Assembly (NCBI GenBank): GCA_965261005.1
Contig: OZ253376.1
Location: forward strand, 128,001-192,000
DNA from: Deinococcus sp.
GTDB taxonomy: Bacteria > Deinococcota > Deinococci > Deinococcales > Deinococcaceae
Reading direction: 5' to 3'
DNA: 64,000 nucleotides
Positions 38,933 through 48,733 of this stretch are shown here, one piece after another. Position numbers and translations under genes: made by a program. Each line of letters begins with the position of its first letter. Positions within the stretch are counted from its first letter, which is position 1. The notes below the pieces were generated by a model. It was not told where the DNA came from. It made no database searches and saw only the letters and a list, made by a program, of their open reading frames with translations.

Positions 38933-40569
38933 CTTCGGTATGGATCACCGGCGGCACCGTCATCGACGGCACGGGCGCGCCGGGGCGCAAGGCCGATCTG
39001 CTTATCCAGGACGACAAAATCGCGCAGATCAGCGAACCCGACGGGAACGCGCCGGAAGGTGCAGAAGTGGTGGACGCCTCCGGCCTGGTCGTCACCCCCG
39101 GCTTTATCGACGTGATGAGCCACTCGGTGTCCAGCCTGCTCGCGGACGGGCTGAGCGTGGGCAAGGTGACGCAGGGCGTCACCACCGAGATCATGGGTGA
39201 GGGCTGGACACCGGCCCCGGCGGTGGCGGGCGAGGCCCACGCCTTTCCAATTCACGGCCTGCCCAATGACGACGAGCAATGGATAAAACGTGCAAAGGGC
39301 TGGAGCCGCTTCGGCGACTGGATGGCCGCGCAGGAAGAGGTGGGCGCGTCCGTCAACTTCGGCTCGTTCCTGGGGGCCACTACCGTCAGGATGATCGGCA
39401 AGGGCCACGCCCAGGGCCAGGCCACGCCGGGGGAACTGAGTGAGATGCGCCGCGTGACCCGCGAGGCGATGGAGGACGGCGCTTACGGCGTCGCCACCGC
39501 GCTGATCTACCCGCCCGGCAGCTACGCCAGCACGGACGAGCTGGTGGCGGTCTGCGAGGAGGTGGGCCGCGCGGGGGGTATCTACATCACCCACATGCGC
39601 TCGGAGGGCGCGGCGATTCTGGACGGCTTTGCCGAGGCGCTGGAGATCGCCGGGCGCAGCGGGGCGCGGCTGCACCTCTACCACCTCAAGGCGGCGGGCG
39701 CCCCGGCCTGGCCCCTGATGGATCAGTTGATCGAGCGCGTCAACACCGAGCGCGCGGCGGGCAAGGACATTCACGCTGACATGTACCTGTACACGGCGGG
39801 GGGCACGGGGCTGGCCGCCGTCGCCCCGCCGTGGGCCAGCGAGGACGACCGGCTGCGCGAGCGCCTGCGCGACCCCGAGACCCGCGCCCAGATCAGGGCG
39901 GCCATGCTGGAGCCGGACGGCAGCTGGGAAGCCATGGGCCGCCTGGCCGGACCGGAGGGGGTGTTCCCGGTGGGCCTGAGCCTGCCCGAACACGCCGAGT
40001 ACCGGGGCAAATCGCTGGCCGAGATCGCGGAGGCGCGCGGTCAGGACTGGATCGACGCGGCCCTGGACCTGATCGAGCGCGAGCCGGAGAGTGTTGGCAC
40101 CATGTACCACCTGATGACCGAGGACAACATCGAGCGCCAGCTTCGGGAACCTTGGGTGATGCTGGGGTCCGACGCGGCGGGCTACGATCCCGGCGAGCAG
40201 GAGGGGGGCTTCGCGGGCGGTCATCCCCGCGCGCTGGGCAACTTCACCCGCCTGCTGGGCGAGTACGTGCGGGAACGCGGCCTGCTGAGGCTGGAGGAAG
40301 CGGTCCACCGCATGACCGGCCTGCCCGCCGAACACCTGCGCCTGAAAGGCCGCGGCGAGCTGCGCGAAGGGTATTTCGCCGACGTGGTGATCTTTGATCC
40401 GCAGACCATCAGCGACCGGGCCACCTACGCCGAGTCGAACCGGCTCTCCGTGGGTGTGCGCGACGTGTGGGTGAACGGCGTGCGGGTTCTCAGGGACGGA
40501 CGGCATACCCGCGCCCTGCCGGGGCGCCGGCTGTACGGCCCGGGGGCCAAGGTTCCCGCCGGGGCGTGA
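38929..40569 (+). CDS. N-acyl-D-amino-acid deacylase (D-aminoacylase) family
   Basis: GGTVIDGTG, PGFID, QGVTT, HMRSE, HLK, GSD, HPRALGNF. Confidence 0.88.
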   Translation: MTSVWITGGTVIDGTGAPGRKADLLIQDDKIAQISEPDGNAPEGAEVVDASGLVVTPGFIDVMSHSVSSLLADGLSVGKVTQGVTTEIMGEGWTPAPAVAGEAHAFPIHGLPNDDEQWIKRAKGWSRFGDWMAAQEEVGASVNFGSFLGATTVRMIGKGHAQGQATPGELSEMRRVTREAMEDGAYGVATALIYPPGSYASTDELVAVCEEVGRAGGIYITHMRSEGAAILDGFAEALEIAGRSGARLHLYHLKAAGAPAWPLMDQLIERVNTERAAGKDIHADMYLYTAGGTGLAAVAPPWASEDDRLRERLRDPETRAQIRAAMLEPDGSWEAMGRLAGPEGVFPVGLSLPEHAEYRGKSLAEIAEARGQDWIDAALDLIEREPESVGTMYHLMTEDNIERQLREPWVMLGSDAAGYDPGEQEGGFAGGHPRALGNFTRLLGEYVRERGLLRLEEAVHRMTGLPAEHLRLKGRGELREGYFADVVIFDPQTISDRATYAESNRLSVGVRDVWVNGVRVLRDGRHTRALPGRRLYGPGAKVPAGA

Positions 40570-40623
40570 GCGCCCGGCTCAACACAGGCGGAAAGCCTCA
40601 AGGCTGAATTCGGCGTCTACGAG

Positions 40624-40763
40624 TGATACGGATTCTGGAAAGTCTGTCAACGAAGTTGACAGACTTTCCAGCGGAGCGGATGGAAAAAGATATGGCCCTC
40701 TGCGGTCTGGAGCAACATCGGGCGTTTTTTCCGATGTTGAGGAAGAAAGCGGAATCCGTATCA
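40624..40763. repeat. Deinococcus SRE/SNR-like 140-bp structured repeat (MITE-like)
   Basis: Terminal IR TGATACGGATTC/GAATCCGTATCA; 17-bp perfect stem 40635-40671; 9-bp stem 40713-40739. Confidence 0.8.
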
Positions 40764-40797
40764 GTTTGGTCCCATGGCTTGTTCTTCCAAAGAGGAT

Positions 40798-43170
40798 CTA
40801 CGCACTGGCCGGTGCGGGCGCGCGCCCGGCGGCCCGGGCGGCGTCGGCGGCAAGCAGGCGGTCGATGCGAAACGGCAGGGCGGTGAGCCGCAGGCCCGTC
40901 GCGTGAAAGATGGCGTTGCCGATGGCGGCGGCGGTGCCGACCCCGCCGATTTCGCCCATGCCCTTGATGCCCAGCGGGTGCGCGCGCGTGTCGTCCTCGT
41001 CGATGATGATCGCCTCGATGCCGCGTACGTCGGCGTTGGTAGGCACCAGCGCTTCGCCCAGGCTGCGGTTCATCCACTGCCCGCTGCGCCCGTCCATGGC
41101 GCTTTCCTCGAACAGCGCTTGGCCCAGGCCCCACACCATTGATCCCAGCAGCTGGCTGCGCACCAGCAGCGGGTTGATGGCCCGCCCGCCTGCGAAGGCC
41201 CCCACCAGCCGCTCAACCTGCACGTGCAGCGTGTCGGGATCGACCAGCACCTTGGCGAACTGCGCGCCGAAGGTCTGGCGGCCATATGAGCGGCTGCTCG
41301 GATCGGGGCCGGTGACGGCGTGCTGCTCGATGTGCCCCGCGGGGTGACGCGCCATCACGTCGGCGACGGACGCCCCCGGCCCGTTCGGCGCGACGATCCG
41401 CCCGTCCACCACGTCAAGCTGGTCTTGCTTCAGGCCGCGCAGCGGGGACGCCGCATCGCCCGCCACGAAGTTCAGCAGCGCCGCCCTCACCGCCCGCGCC
41501 GCGTCGAAGATGGCGGCGCCGTTGGTCAGCGTCGCCATTGAGCCGGTGGCCATCCCGCCGTACGGCAGCGCCGTGTCGCCGAACTGGAGCGTCACATTGC
41601 CCAGCGGTAGGCCCAGCGCGTCGGCGGCGATCTGGGTCATGGCGGTGGCCGCGCCCTGGCCGATTTCGTGAAGGGCGGTCTGTACGGTCGCGCGCCCGTC
41701 TGCTGTCAGGATCACGCGCGCCGCGGCGGGCATTTGCAGCGCCGGATACACCGAGGTCGCCACGCCGTACCCGACCAAGGCGCGGCCCTCGCGCATTGTG
41801 CCGACGCCGAGGTCGCGCCCGAACCAGCCGATGCGCTCGCCGGCGACCTGATAGCACGTTCTCAGCGACTTGGACGACCACTCGTGGCCGGTGTCGGGTT
41901 CGACCTCGGCGTAGTTGAGCAGCCGGAACTCCAGCGGGTCGTGGCCCATCTGGTGGGCCAGCACGTCCACCGCAGTTTCCAGCGCGAATTGGCCCAGGGT
42001 GGCCCCCGGCCCACGCATCCAGCCCGGAGCGCCGGTGTCGAGCCGCGCCGACTGGGTGTGAACGCGCAGGTTGGCGCAGGCGTAGGTTTTGCTGACGGTC
42101 TCGCCCATGGCCTCGACGTACTGGCCGCCCGCCCCCTGCGCGGTGAGCGCGTCTTGAATCAGCGCGCGCAGCTTGCCGTCAGCCCCCGCGGCGAGGCGTA
42201 GCCGCTGGCGGCTCTGCCCGCGAAACGGCATCATCGTGAACACCTGCGCCCGGGTGAGCACCAGCTTGACCGGGCGCCCGGTCAGTTTGGCCGCCATCGG
42301 CGCGAGCAGCAGGTGGATGTTGCCCGTCTTGCTGCCAAAGGCGCCGCCCGCCAGGGTCGAGATCACGCGCACTTTGCGGTCGAACTCAAGGCCGTGCAGC
42401 ACCTGGTCCACCGGGGCCGGCAATTGGCCCTGCGCGCCGAGGCCGAAGGCCTGCCCCAGAATGCTCGCGTCGCCGTAGCTGAATTGGGTGGGCAGGTGTA
42501 CGGTCAGTCCACCGTCCTCGTCCCAAGCGGCGACCACCGCGCCCGGCTCCATCGCGTTGTGGTGGTGCGGCGCGCTTTCGACGGTCAAGTCGAGCTGATG
42601 GACGGCGTCTTTAAAGGCCGCTTCGGGGTGACCGACCTCGACTTGCCCCGGCTCGCCGGGGCCGACCTTCTCGGCGTCCCGCGCGCGGTCGAGGCCTTGG
42701 CCGAGCAAAAAGGCTCCGGGCGCTTCGGGGGCCGAGTAGTGTACGCGGACGAGCGCCGCCGCGGCGCGGGCGTGCTCCAGTGTGTCGGCGATGAGCAGCG
42801 CGACGCACTGCCCCCCGTAGTGCACCGCGCCGTCTTGCAGCGGCAGCAGGTCGCCGATCTCGGTGCCGGTAAACGACACGACCTTGTGCAGCCGGGGCGC
42901 GTTCTCGTGCGTCATCAGCAGCCGCACGCCGGGCGAGGCCAGCGCCTCTCGCCCGTCGATGGCTGCGACGCGCCCGCCCGACTGGGTGCTGGTGATCGCG
43001 ACCGCAACGTCGATAGCAGCGTGGTCCCCGATTGTGGCGGCGTTGAGGTCGCCCGCGTAGCGGACGCGGCCCGTGACCTTGTCGCGCCCCTCGACCCGCC
43101 TGGGCGCGCGGGCGATGGTCTCGTCGGAGAGCACGCGGGGTGGGGTCGGGTGGTCGGGTGTGTTGGACAT
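40798..43170 (-). CDS. paoC: xanthine dehydrogenase family molybdopterin-binding subunit (PaoC/YagR-like)
   Basis: KVTG, HHNAMEP, GGAFGSK, WMRGPG, EIGQG, KGMGEIG. Confidence 0.9.
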   Translation of the reverse strand: MSNTPDHPTPPRVLSDETIARAPRRVEGRDKVTGRVRYAGDLNAATIGDHAAIDVAVAITSTQSGGRVAAIDGREALASPGVRLLMTHENAPRLHKVVSFTGTEIGDLLPLQDGAVHYGGQCVALLIADTLEHARAAAALVRVHYSAPEAPGAFLLGQGLDRARDAEKVGPGEPGQVEVGHPEAAFKDAVHQLDLTVESAPHHHNAMEPGAVVAAWDEDGGLTVHLPTQFSYGDASILGQAFGLGAQGQLPAPVDQVLHGLEFDRKVRVISTLAGGAFGSKTGNIHLLLAPMAAKLTGRPVKLVLTRAQVFTMMPFRGQSRQRLRLAAGADGKLRALIQDALTAQGAGGQYVEAMGETVSKTYACANLRVHTQSARLDTGAPGWMRGPGATLGQFALETAVDVLAHQMGHDPLEFRLLNYAEVEPDTGHEWSSKSLRTCYQVAGERIGWFGRDLGVGTMREGRALVGYGVATSVYPALQMPAAARVILTADGRATVQTALHEIGQGAATAMTQIAADALGLPLGNVTLQFGDTALPYGGMATGSMATLTNGAAIFDAARAVRAALLNFVAGDAASPLRGLKQDQLDVVDGRIVAPNGPGASVADVMARHPAGHIEQHAVTGPDPSSRSYGRQTFGAQFAKVLVDPDTLHVQVERLVGAFAGGRAINPLLVRSQLLGSMVWGLGQALFEESAMDGRSGQWMNRSLGEALVPTNADVRGIEAIIIDEDDTRAHPLGIKGMGEIGGVGTAAAIGNAIFHATGLRLTALPFRIDRLLAADAARAAGRAPAPASA

Positions 43171-43180
43171 CGGTTTTCCC

Positions 43181-44194
43181 TCAGGCGATGCGCTTGTCGA
43201 CGTTGGACTGCGGCGTGGCGTCCGCCGCCTGGAAAAGTGCGCGGACGATCGTGCGGCGGGCAAGGTCGATCTTGAAGTCGTTGTCACCCTGCCCAACTGC
43301 GCCCGCGAGCAGGCGCTCGGCGGCGGCGCCGAAGGCGTCGTCCGTGGGCGACTCACCCCGCAGCAACGCCTCGGCCTCCGGGACGCGCCAGGGTTTGTGC
43401 GCCACCCCGCCCAGCGCGACGCGGGCCTCGCGAATCACCCCTTCTTCGACGTGCATGACCACCGCCACCGACACCAGCGCGAAGGCGTACGACTGGCGGT
43501 CGCGCAGCTTCAGGTAGGTGTAATGGTCGGGAAACACCTCGGCGGGCAAGTCGATGGCCGTCACCACCTCGCCCGGTTGCAGCGTGTTGTCCTTCCACGG
43601 TTCGTCGCCGGGCAGGCGGTGGTAGTCGGCGAAGAGAATCGTGCGCTCGCCGTCCGGCCCGCAGACTTGCACCCGCGCCCCCAGCACGGCCAGGGCCACG
43701 CACATGTCCGACGGGTGGGTGGCGATGCACCGCGCGCTGGCGCCCAAGATGGCGCCAGCGCGATTGACCCCGCCGATGGCGCCGCAGCCCGAATTCGGCT
43801 CGCGCTTGTTGCACGGCGCGCCCGCGTCGTAGAAGTAGAGGCAGCGGGTGCGCTGGTTGAGGTTGCCGCCGTTTGTGGCGGCGTTGCGCAGTTGCGGGCT
43901 GGCCCCGGCCAAGATGGCGCTCGACAGCAGCGGGTAGCGCTCCCGCACGCGCGAATCGTAGGCGGTGTCGGCGTTGGTCGCGAGGGCGCCGAGCCGCAGC
44001 CCGCCGCCGTCCAACTCGGAAATGGCGCGCAGGGAAAGGCCGCCCACGTCGATGAGCCGGCCTGGCCGCTCAACGTCATACTTCATCAAATCCACCAGGT
44101 TGGTGCCCCCGGCGATAAAGTGGGTGGCCTCACCCGCGCCCTCGCGGACGGCGGCGTCCACGTCCTGGGCGCGCAGATAATCGAAGGGCCTCAC
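43181..44194 (-). CDS. paoB: XDH family FAD-binding subunit (PaoB/YagS-like)
   Basis: AGGTNLVDLMK, GASPQLRN, RCLYFYD...CNKREPNSGC, HPSDM, RDRQSYAFAL. Confidence 0.92.
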   Translation of the reverse strand: MRPFDYLRAQDVDAAVREGAGEATHFIAGGTNLVDLMKYDVERPGRLIDVGGLSLRAISELDGGGLRLGALATNADTAYDSRVRERYPLLSSAILAGASPQLRNAATNGGNLNQRTRCLYFYDAGAPCNKREPNSGCGAIGGVNRAGAILGASARCIATHPSDMCVALAVLGARVQVCGPDGERTILFADYHRLPGDEPWKDNTLQPGEVVTAIDLPAEVFPDHYTYLKLRDRQSYAFALVSVAVVMHVEEGVIREARVALGGVAHKPWRVPEAEALLRGESPTDDAFGAAAERLLAGAVGQGDNDFKIDLARRTIVRALFQAADATPQSNVDKRIA

Positions 44195-44718
44195 GCCCGT
44201 TCCTCCTGCCCGAGCACGTCCAGCACCGCGTCGGCGATGCCGTGGTAGGCCCCGCAGCGGCACAAGTTGCCGCTCATCAGCTCGCGCACCTCGTCGCGGG
44301 TGCGGGCGTGCCCCTCGCGAATCAACCCCACGCCCGAGCAAATCTGGCCGGACGTGCAGTAGCCGCACTGAAAGGCGTCGTGCTCGATGAAGGCCGCTTG
44401 CAAGGGGTGCAATTCGTCGCCGCCCGCGAGGCCCTCGATGGTAATCACCTCGGCGCCGGGCCGGGTGACCGCCAGGACCAGGCAGCTGTTCACCCGCGCG
44501 CCGTCCAGCAGCACGGTGCAGGCCCCACATTGGCCGTGGTCGCAGCCTTTCTTGGTGCCGGTGAGGTCGAGCCGTTCACGCAACAAGTCCAGCAGCGTCG
44601 TCCACGGCTCAACCGCCAGCTGGTGCTCGTGGCCGTTGACGGTCAGCGTCAACGGCACGGCGTGGGGACTCAGGTTCACGCTCATGGGCAGGTCGTTGTG
44701 GTTGATCCCGGACGTCAT
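44191..44718 (-). CDS. paoA: XDH family 2x[2Fe-2S] subunit (PaoA/YagT-like, no Tat leader)
   Basis: GTKKGCDHGQCGACTV, QCGYCTSGQI, GNLCRC; GGAGG RBS before ATG 44718. Confidence 0.92.
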   Translation of the reverse strand: MTSGINHNDLPMSVNLSPHAVPLTLTVNGHEHQLAVEPWTTLLDLLRERLDLTGTKKGCDHGQCGACTVLLDGARVNSCLVLAVTRPGAEVITIEGLAGGDELHPLQAAFIEHDAFQCGYCTSGQICSGVGLIREGHARTRDEVRELMSGNLCRCGAYHGIADAVLDVLGQEERA

Positions 44719-44976
44719 AACCGCCTCCTGAAGGGAGCCTGCCGCGCGGGCACACGGTAAGCCGCAAGTGCGCCGGGCGAATCGGCACGAGGTACTCCGC
44801 GAGGTTGTCGTTCGGGGGACGCGCCCGGCGCGGCGAGAACGGCGAGGGGAATCAAGAACGGTGGAAGCGTCCCGCGCATCGGCCCTCCAGGTACGCCGCC
44901 CAAGACGGGGGGTGACGAACGGCAGACCGGCCACGACCCAGAAGGGCGCCCGGCCCCTCCAGTAGGAGCGGTCTTC

Positions 44977-45201
44977 TCAATCCGACGGGGACGAATTCTT
45001 TTCTTGCGCCTGCGGCATGGTAAACACTTGGTCGGCGCGACCGAAGCCGCCGTCCTTGATTTCCTCGATCAGCACCATAGTGTAGGGCCGCACGCCCTCG
45101 CCGAAGTACTCGGCGAACAAGTCGGTGGTGCGGTGAATGATTTCCTCTTTCTGCGCTTTGGTCAAGCCGCGCTCGGGCACCTTGTAGTTGGCAAAGGGCA
45201 T
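44977..45201 (-). CDS. 4-oxalocrotonate tautomerase family protein
   Basis: 74 aa, Met-Pro start (catalytic Pro1), GGAGG RBS. Confidence 0.85.
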   Translation of the reverse strand: MPFANYKVPERGLTKAQKEEIIHRTTDLFAEYFGEGVRPYTMVLIEEIKDGGFGRADQVFTMPQAQEKNSSPSD

Positions 45202-45414
45202 ATCAATACCTCCGGTAGTATGAGATTCGGTGAGACTCAGGCGGCGGCTTTGGACTGACTGACGGCGGGACGCGGCAACCCTGTGAAGGGGCGCAGGAAC
45301 CCGTCGCGCGTCCGGTCATGGGTCAACCCCTTCCGCGAATGCGCTCAAGCAGCGTTTCATTCGGGTTCCAAGAGACGTTCGCCGTGTCCGAACACTGCTT
45401 CACGTTAAGCTGGT

Positions 45415-45442
45415 GAATGGCAAATGTCAATTTTTGTCATTC
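45415..45442. promoter_or_regulatory. candidate TetR operator
   Basis: GAATGGCAAA-N8-TTTGTCATTC (1 mismatch) between divergent genes. Confidence 0.45.
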
Positions 45443-45551
45443 CACCGTTTCAGCGGCCATGTCCGACACTACTTGTGTGAGCTTGTATGCTGATCGATGC
45501 GCCTTGGCGGATCGCCGCCACGCCGCTCGCCCAAACGATTGCGAAACTCCT

Positions 45552-46169
45552 ATGATCCCGCCGCGTGTCACCAATGTAACTGCAACCGAATCGCCCTCCG
45601 AGCGCATTCTCGACGCCGCCGAGGCGCTGATCCGCCGTCATGGCCCCGCCAAGGTCACGGTCATGGACGTGGCCCGCGCGCTGGGCATGAGTCACAGCAA
45701 TGTGTACCGGCACTTCGCGAGCAAAGCCGCGTTGCGCGAGGCGGTGGTCGAGCGCTGGCTGCGCGCCATCGAGGCGGAACTTCTGGAAGCGCCCGCGGAA
45801 GGCGGGGCCGCCGAGCGGCTCCGGGCGTGGTTGCGCGCGTTCGCAGCCGCCAAGCGCGCGCGCCAGCGGCGAGACCCGGAGTTGTTCGCCGCCTACGCCC
45901 TGCTCGGCGACGAGCAGCAGGGCGCCGTGGTCCGCCACCACCAAGCCCTCGTCGCCCAGCTCGTGGCGATCCTGACCGCCGGTATAAACGCGGGCGACTT
46001 TGCGCCCCAGGCCCCAAATGTGGCCGCGCGGGCCGTGCTCGACGCCACCTCGGCGTTCCACGACCCGCATTGCGTTCCGAACGCGGCGGCGGACCCGAAC
46101 GGTCCGGCGCGCCTGGAGGCCGTCATTGAGTTGCTGGTGGTTGGCCTCAAGGCGCGCGAGGCGCACTGA
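45552..46169 (+). CDS. TetR family regulator
   Basis: ILDAAEALIRRHG...VARALGMSHSNVYRHFASK; start uncertain. Confidence 0.9.
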   Translation: MIPPRVTNVTATESPSERILDAAEALIRRHGPAKVTVMDVARALGMSHSNVYRHFASKAALREAVVERWLRAIEAELLEAPAEGGAAERLRAWLRAFAAAKRARQRRDPELFAAYALLGDEQQGAVVRHHQALVAQLVAILTAGINAGDFAPQAPNVAARAVLDATSAFHDPHCVPNAAADPNGPARLEAVIELLVVGLKAREAH

Positions 46170-46268
46170 CATTGCCCTGCACTAACGCCGCCCTCGCCGC
46201 ACGTCGTCGCGGGGGTTCTGGCAACTCAACCCGGTGGGCCGGTGAGCTGTGACTTATCTTAAGAGCGT

Positions 46269-46526
46269 ATGGTCTACGGTCGCAGCGGACGGCCCCTGCT
46301 CACCGCGCAGATTCGGGACCGCCGCGTGCAGGTGCAACACTACCTACACCGCTACATGTACCTGGTCCACGACGGCCAAATTCTAAACAATGAGCACCGG
46401 CTGCTGCTCAACCTGGCGCACTCTGGCTGGGCGGAACTAGCCGGACAGGCGATGTTTCAGCACACTCTCGGCACGAGTGAGGGCATCGCGCGGGTGATGG
46501 AACGGGGGGAAGGGTCGCCCCTCTGA
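46269..46526 (+). CDS. hypothetical protein or gene fragment (85 aa)
   Basis: Only ORF in the gap, protein-like composition; no recognised motif. Confidence 0.3.
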   Translation: MVYGRSGRPLLTAQIRDRRVQVQHYLHRYMYLVHDGQILNNEHRLLLNLAHSGWAELAGQAMFQHTLGTSEGIARVMERGEGSPL

Positions 46527-46651
46527 TGGGCGCACCTCAAATGGACGATCTCAAATTGGTACAGCCGCACCCGCTCCTTGCGCGTCAGTCCCGCTCAACT
46601 TCACCTCGTACTGCTTCTCTGGCGTCCCTCAGAAATTGCTTGACGGCGTAA

Positions 46652-48733
46652 TCAGCTGTCCGCTTCACGCAACACGGCGGCTCCGCTGGCCTCCAGCGTG
46701 AGGGAAGCGTTCACCTCGCGCCCGCTTAGCAAGTCGAGGGCGGGCGCGGGCACGCTCACCTCGGCCGGCTCGCCGTTGTGGTTGAGCAGAAACAGAAACG
46801 AGCCGTCCTCACTGCGGCGCCGCACGGCCTCCACGCCGGCGGGCGCCCCGAAGGTGGGCGCGATTCCCGCTTTCTCTAGAGCCTGGCCCAGAATCCAGCT
46901 TATCCCCGCTTCGTCCAGCCGCGTGCCCAGATAAAAGCTGTGTCCCCGACCGAAGGCGTGCTGGGTCACGGCGGGCTGCCCGGCGTAGAAGTCCCCCCCG
47001 AAGCTGGCGAGCGCCTGTGCCCCCTCGGGCACGATCAGGTCGGCCCACAGCTCGGAGGCGAGGCTTCGCCCCCCCGGCGTCACGACGGTGTTGGTGTGGT
47101 CCAGCGGGTAAGGGTCGAACTCCTCGACGCGCAGGCCCAGCACCCGGCGCAGCGCGGCCGGGTAGGCGCCCGGCGACCAAGCGTCCTCATGGGCGCTGCT
47201 TTGGTCAAGAAGCCGCAGCTGGTCGCGCTCGTCCACCAGGCCGCTGAAAAAGGACGTGACAAAGGTGCCGCCCCCCGCCACGTAAGCTTCGAGCTGCTGG
47301 TCGAAGCCGTCCCGCGTCAGGTACAAATTGGGGGCCAGCACCAGCTTGTAGCCTGAAAGGTCGGCGCCCGGCCGCGCGAAGTCCACCGCGACGTTCATGC
47401 GCCACAGCGGGGCGTAGTAGCCCAGCAATTGGTCCATCAGCCGCAGGTCCTGCGAGGGCCGCGCGTCCAGTTCGAGCGCCCACCAGCTGTCCCAATCGAG
47501 CAGCACGGCCACCTCGGCGGGCACCCGCGCGCCCAGGACCGGCGTGAGCTTGGCGAGGTCGGCCCCGAGTCCGGCCACCTCACGCCACACCCGGGTGTCG
47601 GTCCCGCCGTGTGGCAGCATGCCGCCGTGCCACTTCTCGGCGCCCGCCTTCGACTGGCGCCACTGGAAGAACATGACGCCGTCCGCCCCGCGCGCCACCG
47701 ACTGTAGGCTCCACAGCCGCATCACGCCGGGGCGCTTGGTGGGATTGCGCTCCCGCCACTGCACCGCGCCCGTCACCTGCTCCATCAAGACCCACGGCCG
47801 CCCGCCGCCGAGGGAACGCATCAAATCCGAGGCCATCGCCAACTCGGTGGGCGAGCTGGGGTCGGTCGGCTGGGGGTAGGCGTCGTTGGAAATCACGTCT
47901 TGACGCTCGGCCCACTTCCAGTAGTCCAGCGGCTTGAAAAAGCACATGAAGTTGGTCGTGACGGGAATATCGGGCGTGACGCGCTTGAGAATCTCGCGCT
48001 CCAACTCGAACAGGTCGAGCAGCGCGTCCGACGAGAAGCGCCGCCAATCGAGCTGCTGCGAGGGGTTGAGAAAGGTCGGTGCGGCGCGCGGCGGCTGAAT
48101 TTCGTCCCACTCGCCGTAGCGCTGGCTCCAAAAGGCGGTGCCCCAAGCGTCGTTGAGGGCGTCCAGGGTGGCGTACTTTTCCCGCAGCCAAGCCCGAAAG
48201 GCCCGTGCGGACGTGTCGCAGAAGCACTCGGCGACGTGGCAGCCGTACTCGTTGTTGACGTGCCACATGGCCAGGGCTGGGTGGTCCTGGTAGCGCTCGG
48301 CCAGCCGCGTGACGAGCTGACCCGCCGCCGCCTTGTAGGCCGGACCCGACGGGCAGTAGTGCTGCCGCGACCCGGTGCCCAGGGTCACGCCGTCCGCCGT
48401 GACCGGCAGACTTTCCGGAAAGCGCTTGGAGAACCACGGCGGCGGCGAGGCGGTGGCGGTCGCCAGGTTCACGAAGACGCCGTGGTCGTGCAGCAGGTCC
48501 ATCACCCGGTCGAGCCAAGCGAAGTCGTACTCGCCCGGCCGCGGTTCGAGTTTCGACCACGCGAAGATGCCCAGCGACACCAAGTTGACGCCCGCCTCCC
48601 GCATCAAGCGGGCGTCCTCGGCCCAGACCGACTCGGGCCACTGCTCGGGGTTGTAGTCGCCGCCGTAGATCGGGCGCGGCAGCTTGGGGGCGACCGAAAT
48701 GGGGCGGGTCTGCGGGATGGGTTCGGTGGTCAT
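46652..48733 (-). CDS. GH42 beta-galactosidase
   Basis: YGGDYNPEQW, WHVNNEY, NDAWGTAFWSQ, LMEQ, EKWH. Confidence 0.95.
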   Translation of the reverse strand: MTTEPIPQTRPISVAPKLPRPIYGGDYNPEQWPESVWAEDARLMREAGVNLVSLGIFAWSKLEPRPGEYDFAWLDRVMDLLHDHGVFVNLATATASPPPWFSKRFPESLPVTADGVTLGTGSRQHYCPSGPAYKAAAGQLVTRLAERYQDHPALAMWHVNNEYGCHVAECFCDTSARAFRAWLREKYATLDALNDAWGTAFWSQRYGEWDEIQPPRAAPTFLNPSQQLDWRRFSSDALLDLFELEREILKRVTPDIPVTTNFMCFFKPLDYWKWAERQDVISNDAYPQPTDPSSPTELAMASDLMRSLGGGRPWVLMEQVTGAVQWRERNPTKRPGVMRLWSLQSVARGADGVMFFQWRQSKAGAEKWHGGMLPHGGTDTRVWREVAGLGADLAKLTPVLGARVPAEVAVLLDWDSWWALELDARPSQDLRLMDQLLGYYAPLWRMNVAVDFARPGADLSGYKLVLAPNLYLTRDGFDQQLEAYVAGGGTFVTSFFSGLVDERDQLRLLDQSSAHEDAWSPGAYPAALRRVLGLRVEEFDPYPLDHTNTVVTPGGRSLASELWADLIVPEGAQALASFGGDFYAGQPAVTQHAFGRGHSFYLGTRLDEAGISWILGQALEKAGIAPTFGAPAGVEAVRRRSEDGSFLFLLNHNGEPAEVSVPAPALDLLSGREVNASLTLEASGAAVLREADS

